Assembly (NCBI GenBank): GCA_951804945.1
Contig: OX638152.1
Coordinates: forward strand, 71,610,001 to 71,674,000
Source: Podarcis cretensis
Lineage: Eukaryota
Direction of reading: 5' to 3'
DNA length: 64,000 nt
This document shows, in pieces, positions 13,504 through 24,784 of the stretch; position 1 is the first letter of the stretch, and each line of letters opens with the position of its first letter. The notes below the pieces were generated by a model. It ran no database searches. It saw only the letters and a program-made list of their open reading frames with translations, and was not told the DNA's origin. Made by a program: the position numbers and the translations under genes.

Positions 13504-14890
13504 TTAAACCTTACAAAATGATAGAATGGGACTATGATTGAGCACACAGAAACCTGACATGGAATGGTGCAATCTGTCCATAGTGTTAAAAGTAGAATAC
13601 AAACAAAAAAGCAAACCTGAAAGGAGGATGTTGGAATGGTTGGTAAAGAATCCAAGAGAAATAGCTTAAGTTTAAGTCAGGAACTAGTTTTCAATATTTC
13701 TTGGATGTAACAGGCCATACTGTTTTATATAGTTACAGGAAAATCTCATTGATTTTGACTTTCCTGTTTTAGATTTTTCATGTTTTCAAAATATCCTGCA
13801 TCATTTATGTCATGCCCTTCTATGCCAGCAATTGTAATTTGTAAATCACAAAGTCATGTCAGGGAATCATCTAGACACAAAGGATCCTAGCGTATGTATG
13901 TTTGTTTTGTTAACATTAAAAACTGCCACTAAGCATTCCAAGTGACAGTTCTTTGATATACCAAATGCCATTACAGGAAATCATTAAGTGCACAATTAAT
14001 TGGTTCAAAAATTAATGTGATGCCAATGGTAAAAGGAAGCTTTCTTACAATTTTGTTGTCACAATAAGCATATTATTTGATAAAGGTAATTCAGTACTAC
14101 AAAACTTCTATTATATCTCATTAAAACAAAATGACTTTTTAACTGAAATACTGCAATGCCAGAAACTGCAAGATTTGTCTTATGATTAACAGCATAGTTT
14201 GCTGTAGTTCTGTGACAAGAAATAGGAAAAGAATCCAGGACGTAACAGCTTAAGACATGCTTGTTTTTATGCTGTCCTGATTTTTTATATTTTGCAACTT
14301 AGATGGTTTGTTTTGGTGCTGCTGATCAAGGATTTGCTAGTGTTTTCCCATTGTCCTGCTGCTGTGCTTAATATATATCTATACTTGTTTTTAATTATGA
14401 TTTGAATAAAAGAGATCTGAGGGCCATTTCTTTGGGGGGGGGGTGTGTGTGGAAGAAATAGAGTACAAGCTTCCCATTTAAAAAATGCATTGTTATAAGG
14501 TGGGTCTTCCAACATAATTATATAAGGCTCCAAATTATGATCCTATACCCATTTTACCCTGTAGTAAGCCTCACTGAAATTAATGGGCCTCACTTCTGTA
14601 AAAGATTGCATTATAAAGGTGTCCTTTCCCCATTTTCTTCTTTAAACCACTCTACGTCCGACCTCACCTGATAATTAGTTATGTGCATTCTCTTCATCAA
14701 AATAGGGTTGTGCCAGCACACTGGATGGAATTGATTTAAAAAGCATTATCTGCACCTGTGTAAATTTGTCTAGTGAAGTAATGGGTAGATGAGAGAGAAG
14801 AGAAACTAATTTTGCCAACAGTGTACTGTATATCACTTCGGTCTTTCGTCATTTGACTTCTGCTTGCTCAAATATAACTGATATACATTT

Positions 14891-15254
14891 AAAGCCCTTT
14901 AAAGCCCTAAACGGCCTCGGTCCAGTATACCTGAAGGAGCGTCTCCACCCCCATCATTCTGCCCGGACGCTGAGGTCTAGCGCCGAGGGCCTTCTGGCGG
15001 TTCCCTCACTGCGAGAAGTAAAGCTACAGGGAACCAGGCAGAGGGCCTTCTCGGTAGTGGCGCCCGCCCTGTGGAACGCCCTTCCAGCAGATGTCAAAGC
15101 GATTAACAACTACCTGACATTCAGAAGACATCTTAAGGCAGCCCTGTTCAGGGAAGTTTTTAACGTGTGATATTTTATTGTATTTTTGCTTTCTATGGAA
15201 GCCGCCCAGAGTGGCTGGGGAGGCCCAGCCAGATGGGCGGGGTATAAATAATAA

Positions 15255-15297
<43 letters not shown>
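14891..15297 (+). mobile_element. L2-clade LINE 3' end with (TTA)n tail
   Basis: FKALNGLGPVYL...RAFSVVAPALWNALP; CpG-rich, so young. Confidence 0.9.
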
Positions 15298-15298
<1 letters not shown>

Positions 15299-15415
15299 AA
15301 AGCTCCTCTTTACAAATTATCCCCTGTTTTGCAATACTCTTCAGATCTTATGTTACATTATGGATTCCGTGGGTGGGGCGGCGGTGGGGGGGGGGTTACT
15401 CACAAATAATAAATA

Positions 15416-16097
15416 CAGGGATGGAAGAGGAATGACATTCACTTTTCATCATATTGGGAAATTCACACTTGGACCAAAAAAGGAAGCTATCCTTTGAAAT
15501 GTGCACATCTCAAAAACAGCAGCAACAACAACCTATCCAAAAACATGGATATTTGTATTTTATTTTATTTGTTTCATAAAATTAATATGCTATATGCAAT
15601 CTGTGATCTTTTTAAAAAAAATCTTTCTAATCTTAAATTCAGTTATTCACGTTTCCACATCAGGTTGTGCATGTATGTTTGTGTGTCCTCATGAAAATTC
15701 ATCAGCATCTAAGTGTGAAATTTTCCTGATACACATATTTTAGTAAGCAGTTTTTGACTAATATACATGTTTTGTAAAACAACTTAGCTAACATAATGCA
15801 TTGGGGTATGTTATTTTCACTGCTATATGCATTTTTATGCACATTTCCTCTGGTACATTATTTTACTGTTTGTAAATATCCTTGAGCTTTTATTACAATC
15901 AAGTATATAAATGTTAATTCAATTCATTAAACAGCACGTGTATCTCCATGCATATTACTTGACTGGAGAAAAGTGTGAATTTCATGCATATTACTTGTGA
16001 ATTTTTGAAGGATGACTATGTTTCAGGTTGCATATTATTTCAAAAAGTGTGAATTATGTAGGTTTGCATACCAGGTTGAATTTCTCCCCCATCCATG
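15416..16097. mobile_element. Old AT-rich DNA-transposon-like element (relatives near 1637, 27790, 37130)
   Basis: CAGGGATGG...CCATCCATG termini; shared internal AT-rich blocks. Confidence 0.45.
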
Positions 16098-17388
16098 CAC
16101 AGAGTGTACTATGTTTTGGAATATTCTGCTGAGTGCAAAAGAGAATACAGAAATAGAAACAAAAACTTCACATTCCACAGAAATTTTACACACAAGGACC
16201 CTGCCACCTTGAACCTCTAGGCTTCATTGAATGCAGTGATTCACCCCCTTCGCCAATCAAATCAAGCTCTCCTGATTACAGTATGCAGGCGTTCTGTCCT
16301 TGCTGTGTTGTTATTCTTTAAGATGGTCACCTTCTGTGGTCATAGTTCTTCCCCCTTTTTTGTTGGTGAGCATGTTGGCTCACTAGGTAAATACATAAAA
16401 CACCCACTGAGAGTGCTTGCTGTTCAGTATGGATTTATTATCTGTAAAATCCTTTCTGCAAACAATGTACTCTGCAGGATTTGTTGCCAGTGGCTTATTT
16501 CAAAACCTATTTTTGCTACTGCCTGAGGTGATTGTCTAAGGCAGATCAGAGTTCTTCATCATTTTCTTTTCTGTAATTTGTTCTGTCTTCCTTTTTCACT
16601 CGGCTACATGACATACCAATCCCTTGATATGACTGATGGAACTGGGTGTGACGTCTCACATGTCATCCTGTAATAGCTGACCGGGGAAGAAAAAAGTTGT
16701 GGCATTTTCAAAACTTTTAGGTTGTCTAAGTGGATTTGCTGAAATTCAATTTATACACCAGCACTTACACTCTCCCCCCCCCCAAAAAAAAATGTCTCTT
16801 AAGAGAGGAGGCGAATCCACATTGAGGATGAAGAGATGAAATGTCCTGGTAAAAATGTATAGCTAGATATGCCTCTTCCATAGAAATCTAAAGTAACCCA
16901 AATTGGGCAGTAACCCAAATTGGGCATTTGAGTTCTTCATTCTTTTCTGTAATTCTTGTGTCCCCTGTCTGTTATATGACATATCTCAAAATCTGGACCT
17001 TAAAGGGAAAACTGCTCCTTACATGCAAACACATAGACCGAATCCCTCATATGTATCCTTTTGTTCAATGCTGAGATGCTCTGATTCTGAGTGGAGAAGT
17101 AAAGGAAAAGAAAGACTCCTTAATCATTTCCCCTTGTATTTTTTCCACCTGAAATTTCCACCTGAAAGTAACTTTGAGCAGAAAAGTGGGATATGGGGTT
17201 AAGCACTCTCTCCACATGTCAACCTCACTCAGAATTATAGCTCCTTGAGATTGCTTTTCATTAAAAACGAAAACTGTCAAGACATTACCTTTACTTATAA
17301 GGTCTAGGTTGCATATAATGTGCTCTGATGTTGATTGCCATTCCTTTAATGCCTGTGAAACCATTCCTGCCCCCTGCCCCCAGCATGT

Positions 17389-17783
17389 TGTTAGTTTCTG
17401 TTTGCCACTGAGCAGCTGCTTAGAGTCACAAGGCTCTGTTTACATTCCAGAGACAGTACAGGCTGTTGGAAGTCTCACGGGAGACGGGATGTGACATTAG
17501 TGGTTTCCTGTTCCTTTGTTCCTTTGTTCCTGTTGCTCTCTGCTTTCATAGAGAGAGGATGTGTTTTCCTTTGCTGTCTGCATAGAAGATAATAAAACTC
17601 TTTAGCCATGTAGCTCATACTATCTTATCCTTCCGCATGCTGCTGGAATCTCTGCTGAATGGGGGAACGTGCCTTGGAGCCTTATCAGAGGCTCAGGTCA
17701 TTAATTATCGTCGGAGGCGATTCCAAAGGACTCGGCTGGAGGAAAATGAGCTTTATCAGCTTGGCCAAGTGCAGATTCTGACA
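17389..17783 (+). mobile_element. Solo LTR related to the Copia LTR
   Basis: TGTTAG...ATTCTGACA; TSD CATGT (17384-17388; intact at 17851-17855 after the duplicated end); AATAAA at 17591; 3' part similar to the Copia LTR U5. Confidence 0.78.
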
Positions 17784-17888
17784 CGTCACACCGCCATCTT
17801 GGAAATTTCACCAAGAGCTTTATCAGCTTGGCCAAGTGCAGATTCTGACACATGTCACACCGCCATCTTGGAAATTTCACCAAGAGCT
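17748..17888 (+). repeat. 67/69-bp tandem duplication across the LTR-host junction
   Basis: Units 17748-17814 and 17815-17883 bounded by GAGCT microhomology. Confidence 0.92.
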
Positions 17889-19059
17889 GTTCATACAATA
17901 TGTCACGATCATTACTGCCTCAAGCTTTGGAGATACTTTCAGAGCAACGCTCCCTTTCTCAGGTGGTGTCTGTGGGTAAGACTTGCAACAGAACCTGAAC
18001 AGGATGAAACATCTGAATATCACAAAGTGGTCACAAAGATAAAGCGGAAATCCTTACCAGGGTTTCCATTGATTGGTAAAGAATATGAGAACTAGTTTTG
18101 CCATCCCTGTTGCATTTTAGTATGTTACACTGTCCATCCTATGGTAACTTATGCCCATGTTATCCCTTTCTTATGGCTAAAGATGGTAGATCTTACGGCA
18201 TAAAACAGAGAAAACGTTTTCAGTGAAATGCAATGGGAAATAGTCATGCCAAACATATGACCCAAAGTGAGTGTGGCTCAATATTCTACCTCCTAATAAA
18301 GATATTCGGAGAGAATATCTAGCTAAATGTCAGGGTATGCTAACAGAACAGACTTCACTGTCACTGGAGTGAGTTACTTAAAAAAGGCAAGTGCTGGAAT
18401 ATGGCATTTTTAAACGAAGCCATCACAGCATCAGGCTACACAAACTTAATTCAGTTAATATTCCAAAGGATACATCACTCCCACAAAATGATGTGTTGCA
18501 TAACCCTGAGCTCCTTCTCCTGTAGGGAGAAGACACACTGACAATGGAGTGAAAAATCATTAGGATACCTGCATTGCAGTGAGCAATTGTTGCTTCCTTG
18601 GAACTGAATGGCAGGACCCCACTTGCCACAAGGACTATATCATTCATTTCTTATGATGTATGCCAGAGTCGGTCAATTACTGCCAGAGCTCAAAGGCTGT
18701 GTTTTTTATAGAGCAAAAGATGCACTCCATTGAAAAAGTGAGGGAGGGAGAGAGAGAGAGAAAGAGAAAAGGGGAAAGCTGCAGAAAGAGAAAAAAAGGG
18801 AGAAGGCACAAGAATGCCTTATCAGCTCTTTCAACCTTAGACTAGAGAACTCACTCAATTTAGCATCCATAATATCTCCACAGTGCTATAAATAAAGATA
18901 TGGGCTTGCCATGTGAGAGGCAAGAGGGGAAGGGTGAGGGAATAAGTTAACACACACAAACACAGAAAGGGTAACAAATGTTTGGTGAAACGAGCCAATT
19001 GTTTGCTTGCTCTGTCATCCAAGCCAGAAATATGTACATGTATGTGGTGTGTGTGTGCA

Positions 19060-19230
19060 TTTAGAGCATTTGCTTTGCATGCAGAAGGTCCCAGGCTTCA
19101 CCCACAATATCTCAAGGTATTTGCTGAGGGATACTTCCACTGTGAATTCCGGAGAGCCATTGCCAACCAATGTAATAAAGCCTTAGGTAGATGGACCAAT
19201 GGCCTGGCTCAATTCAAGGCACCTTTTAAA
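19060..19230 (+). mobile_element. Old tRNA-Ala-like SINE (relatives near 1985, 30150, 33130, 53900)
   Basis: AGAGCATTTGCTTTGCATGCAGAAGGTCCCAGG head and AGATGGACCAATGGCCTG tail. Confidence 0.55.
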
Positions 19231-21228
19231 GCACCCAATTAAGCACCCAATTTATAATATCTGCGAAAAGGCAAGCAGCTCTCAGTATATGCAAGAATAA
19301 TTCTGCAAGAGAAATTATATGGCATTTCCCTCATCTACCCAGGTGTCTTTTCTGCATAGGAAGCACAATGCCCCTAGCAGCTTCCTTCTGTCTTAGGTTT
19401 CTAATGTAGCAGAGAGACAGAATCGCAAGCTTAAAGTGCCAACAGCCAGCAGCTTTCTAGTGGCATCATTTTGTTTTCTGCTGTTGTTGTGTAAAAAAAA
19501 ACAGCAGCAAAAACCCAGCAAGGAAGATTCTCATGTCTCCCACCCCACCTGCAAATGGTTGTCTCATTTCTTATGGATTATCTAATTCTCACATCACCGC
19601 CTGCATTTTCCCCCCTTTTCACAGCTTTCTATCTTTGTGAAACATTAAGGCTGATATGCCATACATGTTCATTTTTATGCCTGTACTTGAACTACTCACT
19701 CTGTTCGGCTGCTTCGCTCTGATTTTTTTTCTTCTATACCAAGGCACCCGCTCTGCAATCCCCTGATACAGGAGGGCTGCCAAACTGCTGCAGGCTTTCT
19801 GAACATTACAGCCCTGCAAAATGTCAAATGATCTTCCAGTGAAGCTTGCTGGCTCAGTGGTATCTATTCATATGCTTGGAACATCTCCCTCTGGGCTTCC
19901 TCGAGCTTTCTCTTCTAATCCTTTCGTTCCCTCAAGAGCCCATCACTTGGCATATTGATTTCGCAACCCCCTATTAGCCAGACCAGGCATGGTATTCTCA
20001 GCTGAGCTGGTTCCACAAGCTCCTCAAGACTCCTGATGCAGCCTGTGATCCAGGAAGCAAAGCCATGCATTTGTCGCAAAAATCCTGCTTATTCTGTGTG
20101 GGGAATGGCAGGCATTTACTGCACTTTCAAAACATCTTATACAAGTTTGGATGGAACACTAATGCAAATTTGTTGATGCTACCTATAGAGATGGGGAGGG
20201 GTGGAACATAGAGACAGGGTCTTTGTTAAACATTAAGCAGAAGAAAACTAGAACAATCCACTTCAGTATTTAAATTAATTCAAATGATTAATTAATTAGT
20301 TCGACATTTACTTTGTTCTTTAATGAATAGTTTTTCACCACCTGTGTCTACGGTTTCTTGTCCCTTCTGGGCTTGATAGCTCCTCAACCCTCATGGGAAA
20401 CTTCCTGTATAATTGCACAATACAATGTAACCTTTATTTGAGGATCCAACTTGATGTGCCGATCTGCCTCATTTCCCCAAAGATTGCTGCTGTTCTTTTG
20501 CCATGTGAAGCCACTGCTTTTCAACTACGACTTTCACATTCTTCCTTCCCAACATTTCTTAGTCTTTTGTTGTCTTATATTCACATCTGTTTTTGCTTAG
20601 ACATTTCCTTCTGTGACCTCTTTCTCTTGTGATTTTGATCCTTACTCCTTTAATTGTTGTTGTTGTTACTATAGGTATTCTGGGTTCCTGTTCTATTTTA
20701 TTTGCAAGTATAATTATTCCTTCCCAAATAAGTCTGTAATAGTTATGTTCGAGCTAAGAACCAGAAACAGAGGCAGAATGACTATCAAAGGACTGGAGTG
20801 CAATTCCAGTGACAGCTGAGATTCCTTTAAGGCAGGGAGATAGGGAGCCTCAGGTTCCAAGGAACAAATGTGGCCCTTGGGACTCTCCTAGGCCATGACC
20901 TCTCTCCTCAAGCCACACCCTTCACTGGTCCTGCTCCATGTCCTCTTCAACTGATTGCCTAGAATTTGTCTGAATGGAGGTTGTGTGTTGCTTTGTGAAT
21001 GTCAAAACATTTGAGTTTTGTGTGGCCAGAATGTAACCTCCTGTAGAAAAGTGAGAGTCATATGTGTTTCTCAGCTCACTTTTCCCTCTTCCTGCCTACC
21101 CCTGGCATGTACACACACACACCAGGTTGGCTATCCTGAAGTGTGGGCTTCAGATTGAAAGAGGTTCTCCAACCCTGCCTAAAGAGACTGAGAAGCACAA
21201 GGCTTGCACCAATCAATCTAGGAGGAAC

Positions 21229-21721
21229 TGTCAGAATTCATGGTCGATCAGAGGTATGTGCCTATCTCTCCAGGCACCGGCTGAATTCTTTCGACCTCCC
21301 TCCGGCGACTCCCGGCAGGAAAAACACACGAGGTCCGTTCCGGCGATTTTCCTCAGGCTGTGAGAAAAACACACCAACTGCTTCTCCTCCTCCCTGCTCT
21401 CCAGCATATCCCAGGGAGGGGAATCAGACACAGACAGAAATGTATCTACATGTTTTTTATTCCTGTCTTCAGCAGTCAAACAGTGAAAGATGTCTGCTCT
21501 CTTCAACAAACAGAGAGAAACTCCAAACTCCACCCATGTACATCCTGTACAGGTCATATGACACACACACTGAGCTAACATCCGGTGCTCAGTACAGAAT
21601 GGACTGCCCCTTTGTTTCCATGGCAACAGTCACAAACATCCTGTCTGGCTTTGCAGCCACAAGCAGCTGACTGAGCTGCTGGAGCCTTTGCTTGCTGCAG
21701 CATTGCTGCTTTAGAATAACA
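21229..21721 (-). repeat. 3' LTR of Copia element (493 bp)
   Basis: Preceded on minus strand by PPT; AATAAA on minus strand at 21456-21461. Confidence 0.96.
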
Positions 21722-23824
21722 TACTCCCCCTAAAGTATCAATGCGTGCTGCGAGCAAAGCGTCATCCAGAGAAGAAAACAAACAGTTGTTATACTTATAA
21801 CACTCCCCTGTTGTTTCAGTTCCACCCTTGGAACTACCCGCCACTGGTTTTACCAATGTACCTCTCTGGTTGTGTGACTTCAAAGGAATGAGTGCATCTG
21901 CATTACCTTGGTTAGCAACTCTCTGTTGTGCCTTTGTCTCTGACTCAGACACAGCTTCAATTTGACCTTGGTCGTTTACAACAGCAACACATGCAATAGC
22001 TTGGTTGGCAAACTTATTTGAATACCTCTTGGGTGGTACACCCTTCGTTGCTCTCTCAGACCTACGTAAGAGGTGCTGCTCTCCCTTGCTTTCTGGTTCA
22101 GCCTCTGAACTCTCTGAAGAACCAGTACTAAGCTTAATCAGTGGGTCATCCTCCTCTTCTGAGGGTCTAGTCATTACGTGAGATTTCCTCTCAATGACTG
22201 TGACAACTGAGCTGTCTGAGCTATCGCTGTCATCATCAGTACTACTGAACTCAATAAGATCAAACTCATCATCATCATCATCAGAATCATCATCATCACC
22301 TGTGGGAAATATGTGAACAATCACTCTCTCCTGTTCAGGAGCACTCTCTAGGAATTTTGTGAGAATCACCTGTCCAGATTCAGACAAAATTACTCTGTAG
22401 AGACCCTTTTCATAACCCACAAAAATGCCTCTGGCATTCTTTACTCCACCTGGAGCTTCTGTCCTCACATGAGACCCAAAAACCTTGAAATGGGCAACAG
22501 AAGGTTTTCTGTGGAACAGTTTCTCAAAAGGAGAACATCCCAAGTCTTTTGAAACCTTTCTCAACCACGTGTAACAAAATGACATTAGTGACTCAGCCCA
22601 GTACTCATGTGGCAGATGTGAACTAAGCAATTGCGCATGCATTCCCTTTTGCAATTCTTTGTTCACCCTAACACAAACACATCTGTTCCAAGCTTCTTCG
22701 GAAGCTGCAATTTTGTGTCTTATCCCTTTCTTCTTCAGGAACCTCTGGAAATCCTGTAAGAGAAAAATTGGCTTCTCATCTGTGCAAAGACAATCTATGT
22801 CAGCATCATGCATATTTTTAACCTTATCACAAAACTCTTTAAACCTTTCTAAGGCTTCTTTCGGTCTCTCCAAAAGATAAATCCAGACAAAACCTGTAAA
22901 AGAATCAACACATATTAGGTAATACTTTGCATTGCCTCTAGATGGTGCTAAAGGACCAATCACATCAGCATACACCCGCTGAAATGCCCTGTCGACCCTT
23001 GAGGTGACCTGCTTGGCGTTCTTCTTGGCTACACCTGCAAAAGAAATCATGTTAGAATCACAAGAATTACATTCCATGTAATCACTTTGATTAAAAGTCA
23101 ACAAATACAGTCCATCTTTCTCTTTGGCAGAAAGATACAACTCTCCATCTTTGTAGATCTCGCAGTTCTCATCATCATAGGACAGTTTTAGTCCCTTCTT
23201 GGCGATCTGCGAAACGCTGAGCAGATTGTACTTCAACTCTGGAACCAAATAAACATTGTTTATAGTCAAGTTCAGACTTTTAAGATACACAGTCCCAATT
23301 CCGGTCGCTTCTAGCTCTTGACCGTTGGCTTGTTGTACAACGAAGCTTTGCTTCTTAAACGACAAAAACAAATCCCTGCGATGGGTCATGTGAACCGTCG
23401 CTCCCGTGTCTAAAACGAAGGAATTCCCCACTTGTGGTGTGGCTTTTAGGGACATCAAAGCCTTTGCAGGCTTCGCCTGTGACTTGGCATGACTTCTGCC
23501 TGACGCCTCAGACTTCGTGGAGCTTCCCTTGGCTCCTTTGTTCTGACGTGGCTTCTTGCAGTACCGCTGAAGATGCCCAGTCTGTCCACAATTGTGGCAT
23601 CGGACAACGTTCAAAGCTACAGCGTCTCCTCCAGTAGCTACAGCAGTGGGGGTGTCTGAACTCCGTTCTTCCCTCCCCCTGTCCTTGACTTCCAGGGCGG
23701 CAAGTCTGTCATGTTCACAAAGAACCACGGCAAAGACCCTGTCCGCCGTTAGATCAGCTGCTGGGAGAGACCCCAGCTGACTGGCAACCGTTTTGTAAGT
23801 CCGATTCAGGCTGTTGATCACCAT
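21575..23824 (-). CDS. Copia Gag C-terminus, CCHC zinc knuckle, aspartic protease, catalytically altered integrase, acidic tail; no RT/RNase H; runs into 3' LTR
   Basis: CHNCGQTGHLQRYC (23558-23599); FVLDTGATVHM (DTG at 23402-23410); NVYLVPELKYNLLSVSQI; YADVIGP...CTD...GIRH...LPHEYWAE...SPFEKLFHRKPSVAHFKVFG; GIFVGY; LRRSERATKGVPPKRY followed by no RT motifs. Confidence 0.9.
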   Translation of the reverse strand: MVINSLNRTYKTVASQLGSLPAADLTADRVFAVVLCEHDRLAALEVKDRGREERSSDTPTAVATGGDAVALNVVRCHNCGQTGHLQRYCKKPRQNKGAKGSSTKSEASGRSHAKSQAKPAKALMSLKATPQVGNSFVLDTGATVHMTHRRDLFLSFKKQSFVVQQANGQELEATGIGTVYLKSLNLTINNVYLVPELKYNLLSVSQIAKKGLKLSYDDENCEIYKDGELYLSAKEKDGLYLLTFNQSDYMECNSCDSNMISFAGVAKKNAKQVTSRVDRAFQRVYADVIGPLAPSRGNAKYYLICVDSFTGFVWIYLLERPKEALERFKEFCDKVKNMHDADIDCLCTDEKPIFLLQDFQRFLKKKGIRHKIAASEEAWNRCVCVRVNKELQKGMHAQLLSSHLPHEYWAESLMSFCYTWLRKVSKDLGCSPFEKLFHRKPSVAHFKVFGSHVRTEAPGGVKNARGIFVGYEKGLYRVILSESGQVILTKFLESAPEQERVIVHIFPTGDDDDSDDDDDEFDLIEFSSTDDDSDSSDSSVVTVIERKSHVMTRPSEEEDDPLIKLSTGSSESSEAEPESKGEQHLLRRSERATKGVPPKRYSNKFANQAIACVAVVNDQGQIEAVSESETKAQQRVANQGNADALIPLKSHNQRGTLVKPVAGSSKGGTETTGECYKYNNCLFSSLDDALLAARIDTLGGVCYSKAAMLQQAKAPAAQSAACGCKARQDVCDCCHGNKGAVHSVLSTGC
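21722..21735 (-). promoter_or_regulatory. Polypurine tract
   Basis: Minus strand TTTAGGGGGAGTA immediately before TG of the 3' LTR. Confidence 0.85.
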
Positions 23825-24273
23825 GAAGCAAAACCCTCCTGCAGACGGAAATTGCGTTCCACCATCTGCTGACGCAGAAATTTCATTTCCGTCAGGTGCG
23901 CTTGAACATCTCCATCAGGCGCAAGCCTCAGGTTAGTCAGCTTTTCAAAATACAGCAACGCTGAAGAACCTGCATCTCTCTGATGTGTCCTTCTCAGCGT
24001 GTCCCAAACATCTTTCGCGTGCTGTAAATCTTGTATATGAATAAGCTGAGAGTCTGACATGCACAGAATTATAGCGGTTCTGGCCTTCACATCCTGTGAC
24101 TCCCAAACAGGCGTTGGTGCTGCAGGGATGGGGTTCTCAATCACCCCAAACAGTCTCTGATTCTGCAGCAAGGCCTTCATCTTAATAGACCAAGATGCAT
24201 AATTCTCATTGGTCAGAAGGGGCGGAGAAGGCAGACCCCCCCCCTTCTTGGCATCCATTTTGAGTCCTTGCAT
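23818..24273 (-). CDS. gag: Copia Gag N-terminal/capsid part (continues into 21575-23824 after a -1 frame change)
   Basis: LTNENYASWSIKMKALL, WESQDVKARTAIILCMSDSQLIHI, AKDVWDTL are typical Copia Gag motifs. Confidence 0.88.
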   Translation of the reverse strand: MQGLKMDAKKGGGLPSPPLLTNENYASWSIKMKALLQNQRLFGVIENPIPAAPTPVWESQDVKARTAIILCMSDSQLIHIQDLQHAKDVWDTLRRTHQRDAGSSALLYFEKLTNLRLAPDGDVQAHLTEMKFLRQQMVERNFRLQEGFASW

Positions 24274-24763
24274 TGACTCTCAAACACAAGCCTCTAAAAT
24301 CCAATAGCTGGCTTGTTTACACTCTGTGCACCTGGCAGCTCTAACACTGGCTGCTTGGAAAGTCCCTTCCAACAGTTCCTTTGTAAGGGCCTAGTCTAAA
24401 CACGAGCTGTTTTAGCCTCTCTGGGCACAGCCTGACTTCCAGCCCTTATCTTGAAACTGGCCTGCGTTGCTAAGCAACCACATTCCTTTCCTTGGACAGG
24501 AAAAACCACAGGAATGTGTGGAATGCAGACTCTTCTCTCTCGGAGCTGTTTTTCCCAAACGTTGCTCCCGTGAAGCAGAGAATTAAGCCATCTGCATACA
24601 CACTCTTAAGCCCGAAAATCTCATACCTGGGCTCCGTAGCTTGGCTTTCAGCTTCTTCTGGTCAGCTTCTAGCTGCAGAGAATCAGCCTCCATCTCAGGC
24701 TTCCATGGAGAGGGATGAAAATAGCAGCTCTGCTCCTATTTCTGCAGACTTCCATGGATCGTA

Positions 24764-24783
24764 GAAACCATCCTCTGCTACCA
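24764..24783 (-). promoter_or_regulatory. Primer-binding site for initiator tRNA-Met
   Basis: + strand GAAACCATCCTCTGCTACCA equals the 3' 20 nt of vertebrate tRNA-iMet including CCA; 1 nt from the LTR. Confidence 0.93.
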
Positions 24784-24784
24784 A

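Noticed and set aside
16600-16685. Possible miRNA/snoRNA hairpin
   Set aside because: Pairing is patchy; no known mature sequence or convincing boxes
17637-18095. 152-aa ORF with internal repeat
   Set aside because: Crosses the LTR end and the tandem duplication; not gene-like
21143-21670. ORFs inside the Copia LTRs (131 aa minus, 175 and 72 aa plus; repeated at 24787-25226)
   Set aside because: No recognisable motifs; they are duplicated only because the LTR is duplicated
21575-24273. Domesticated (host) Copia-derived gene
   Set aside because: Identical LTRs, TSD, PBS and PPT indicate a recent mobile copy rather than an old fixed gene
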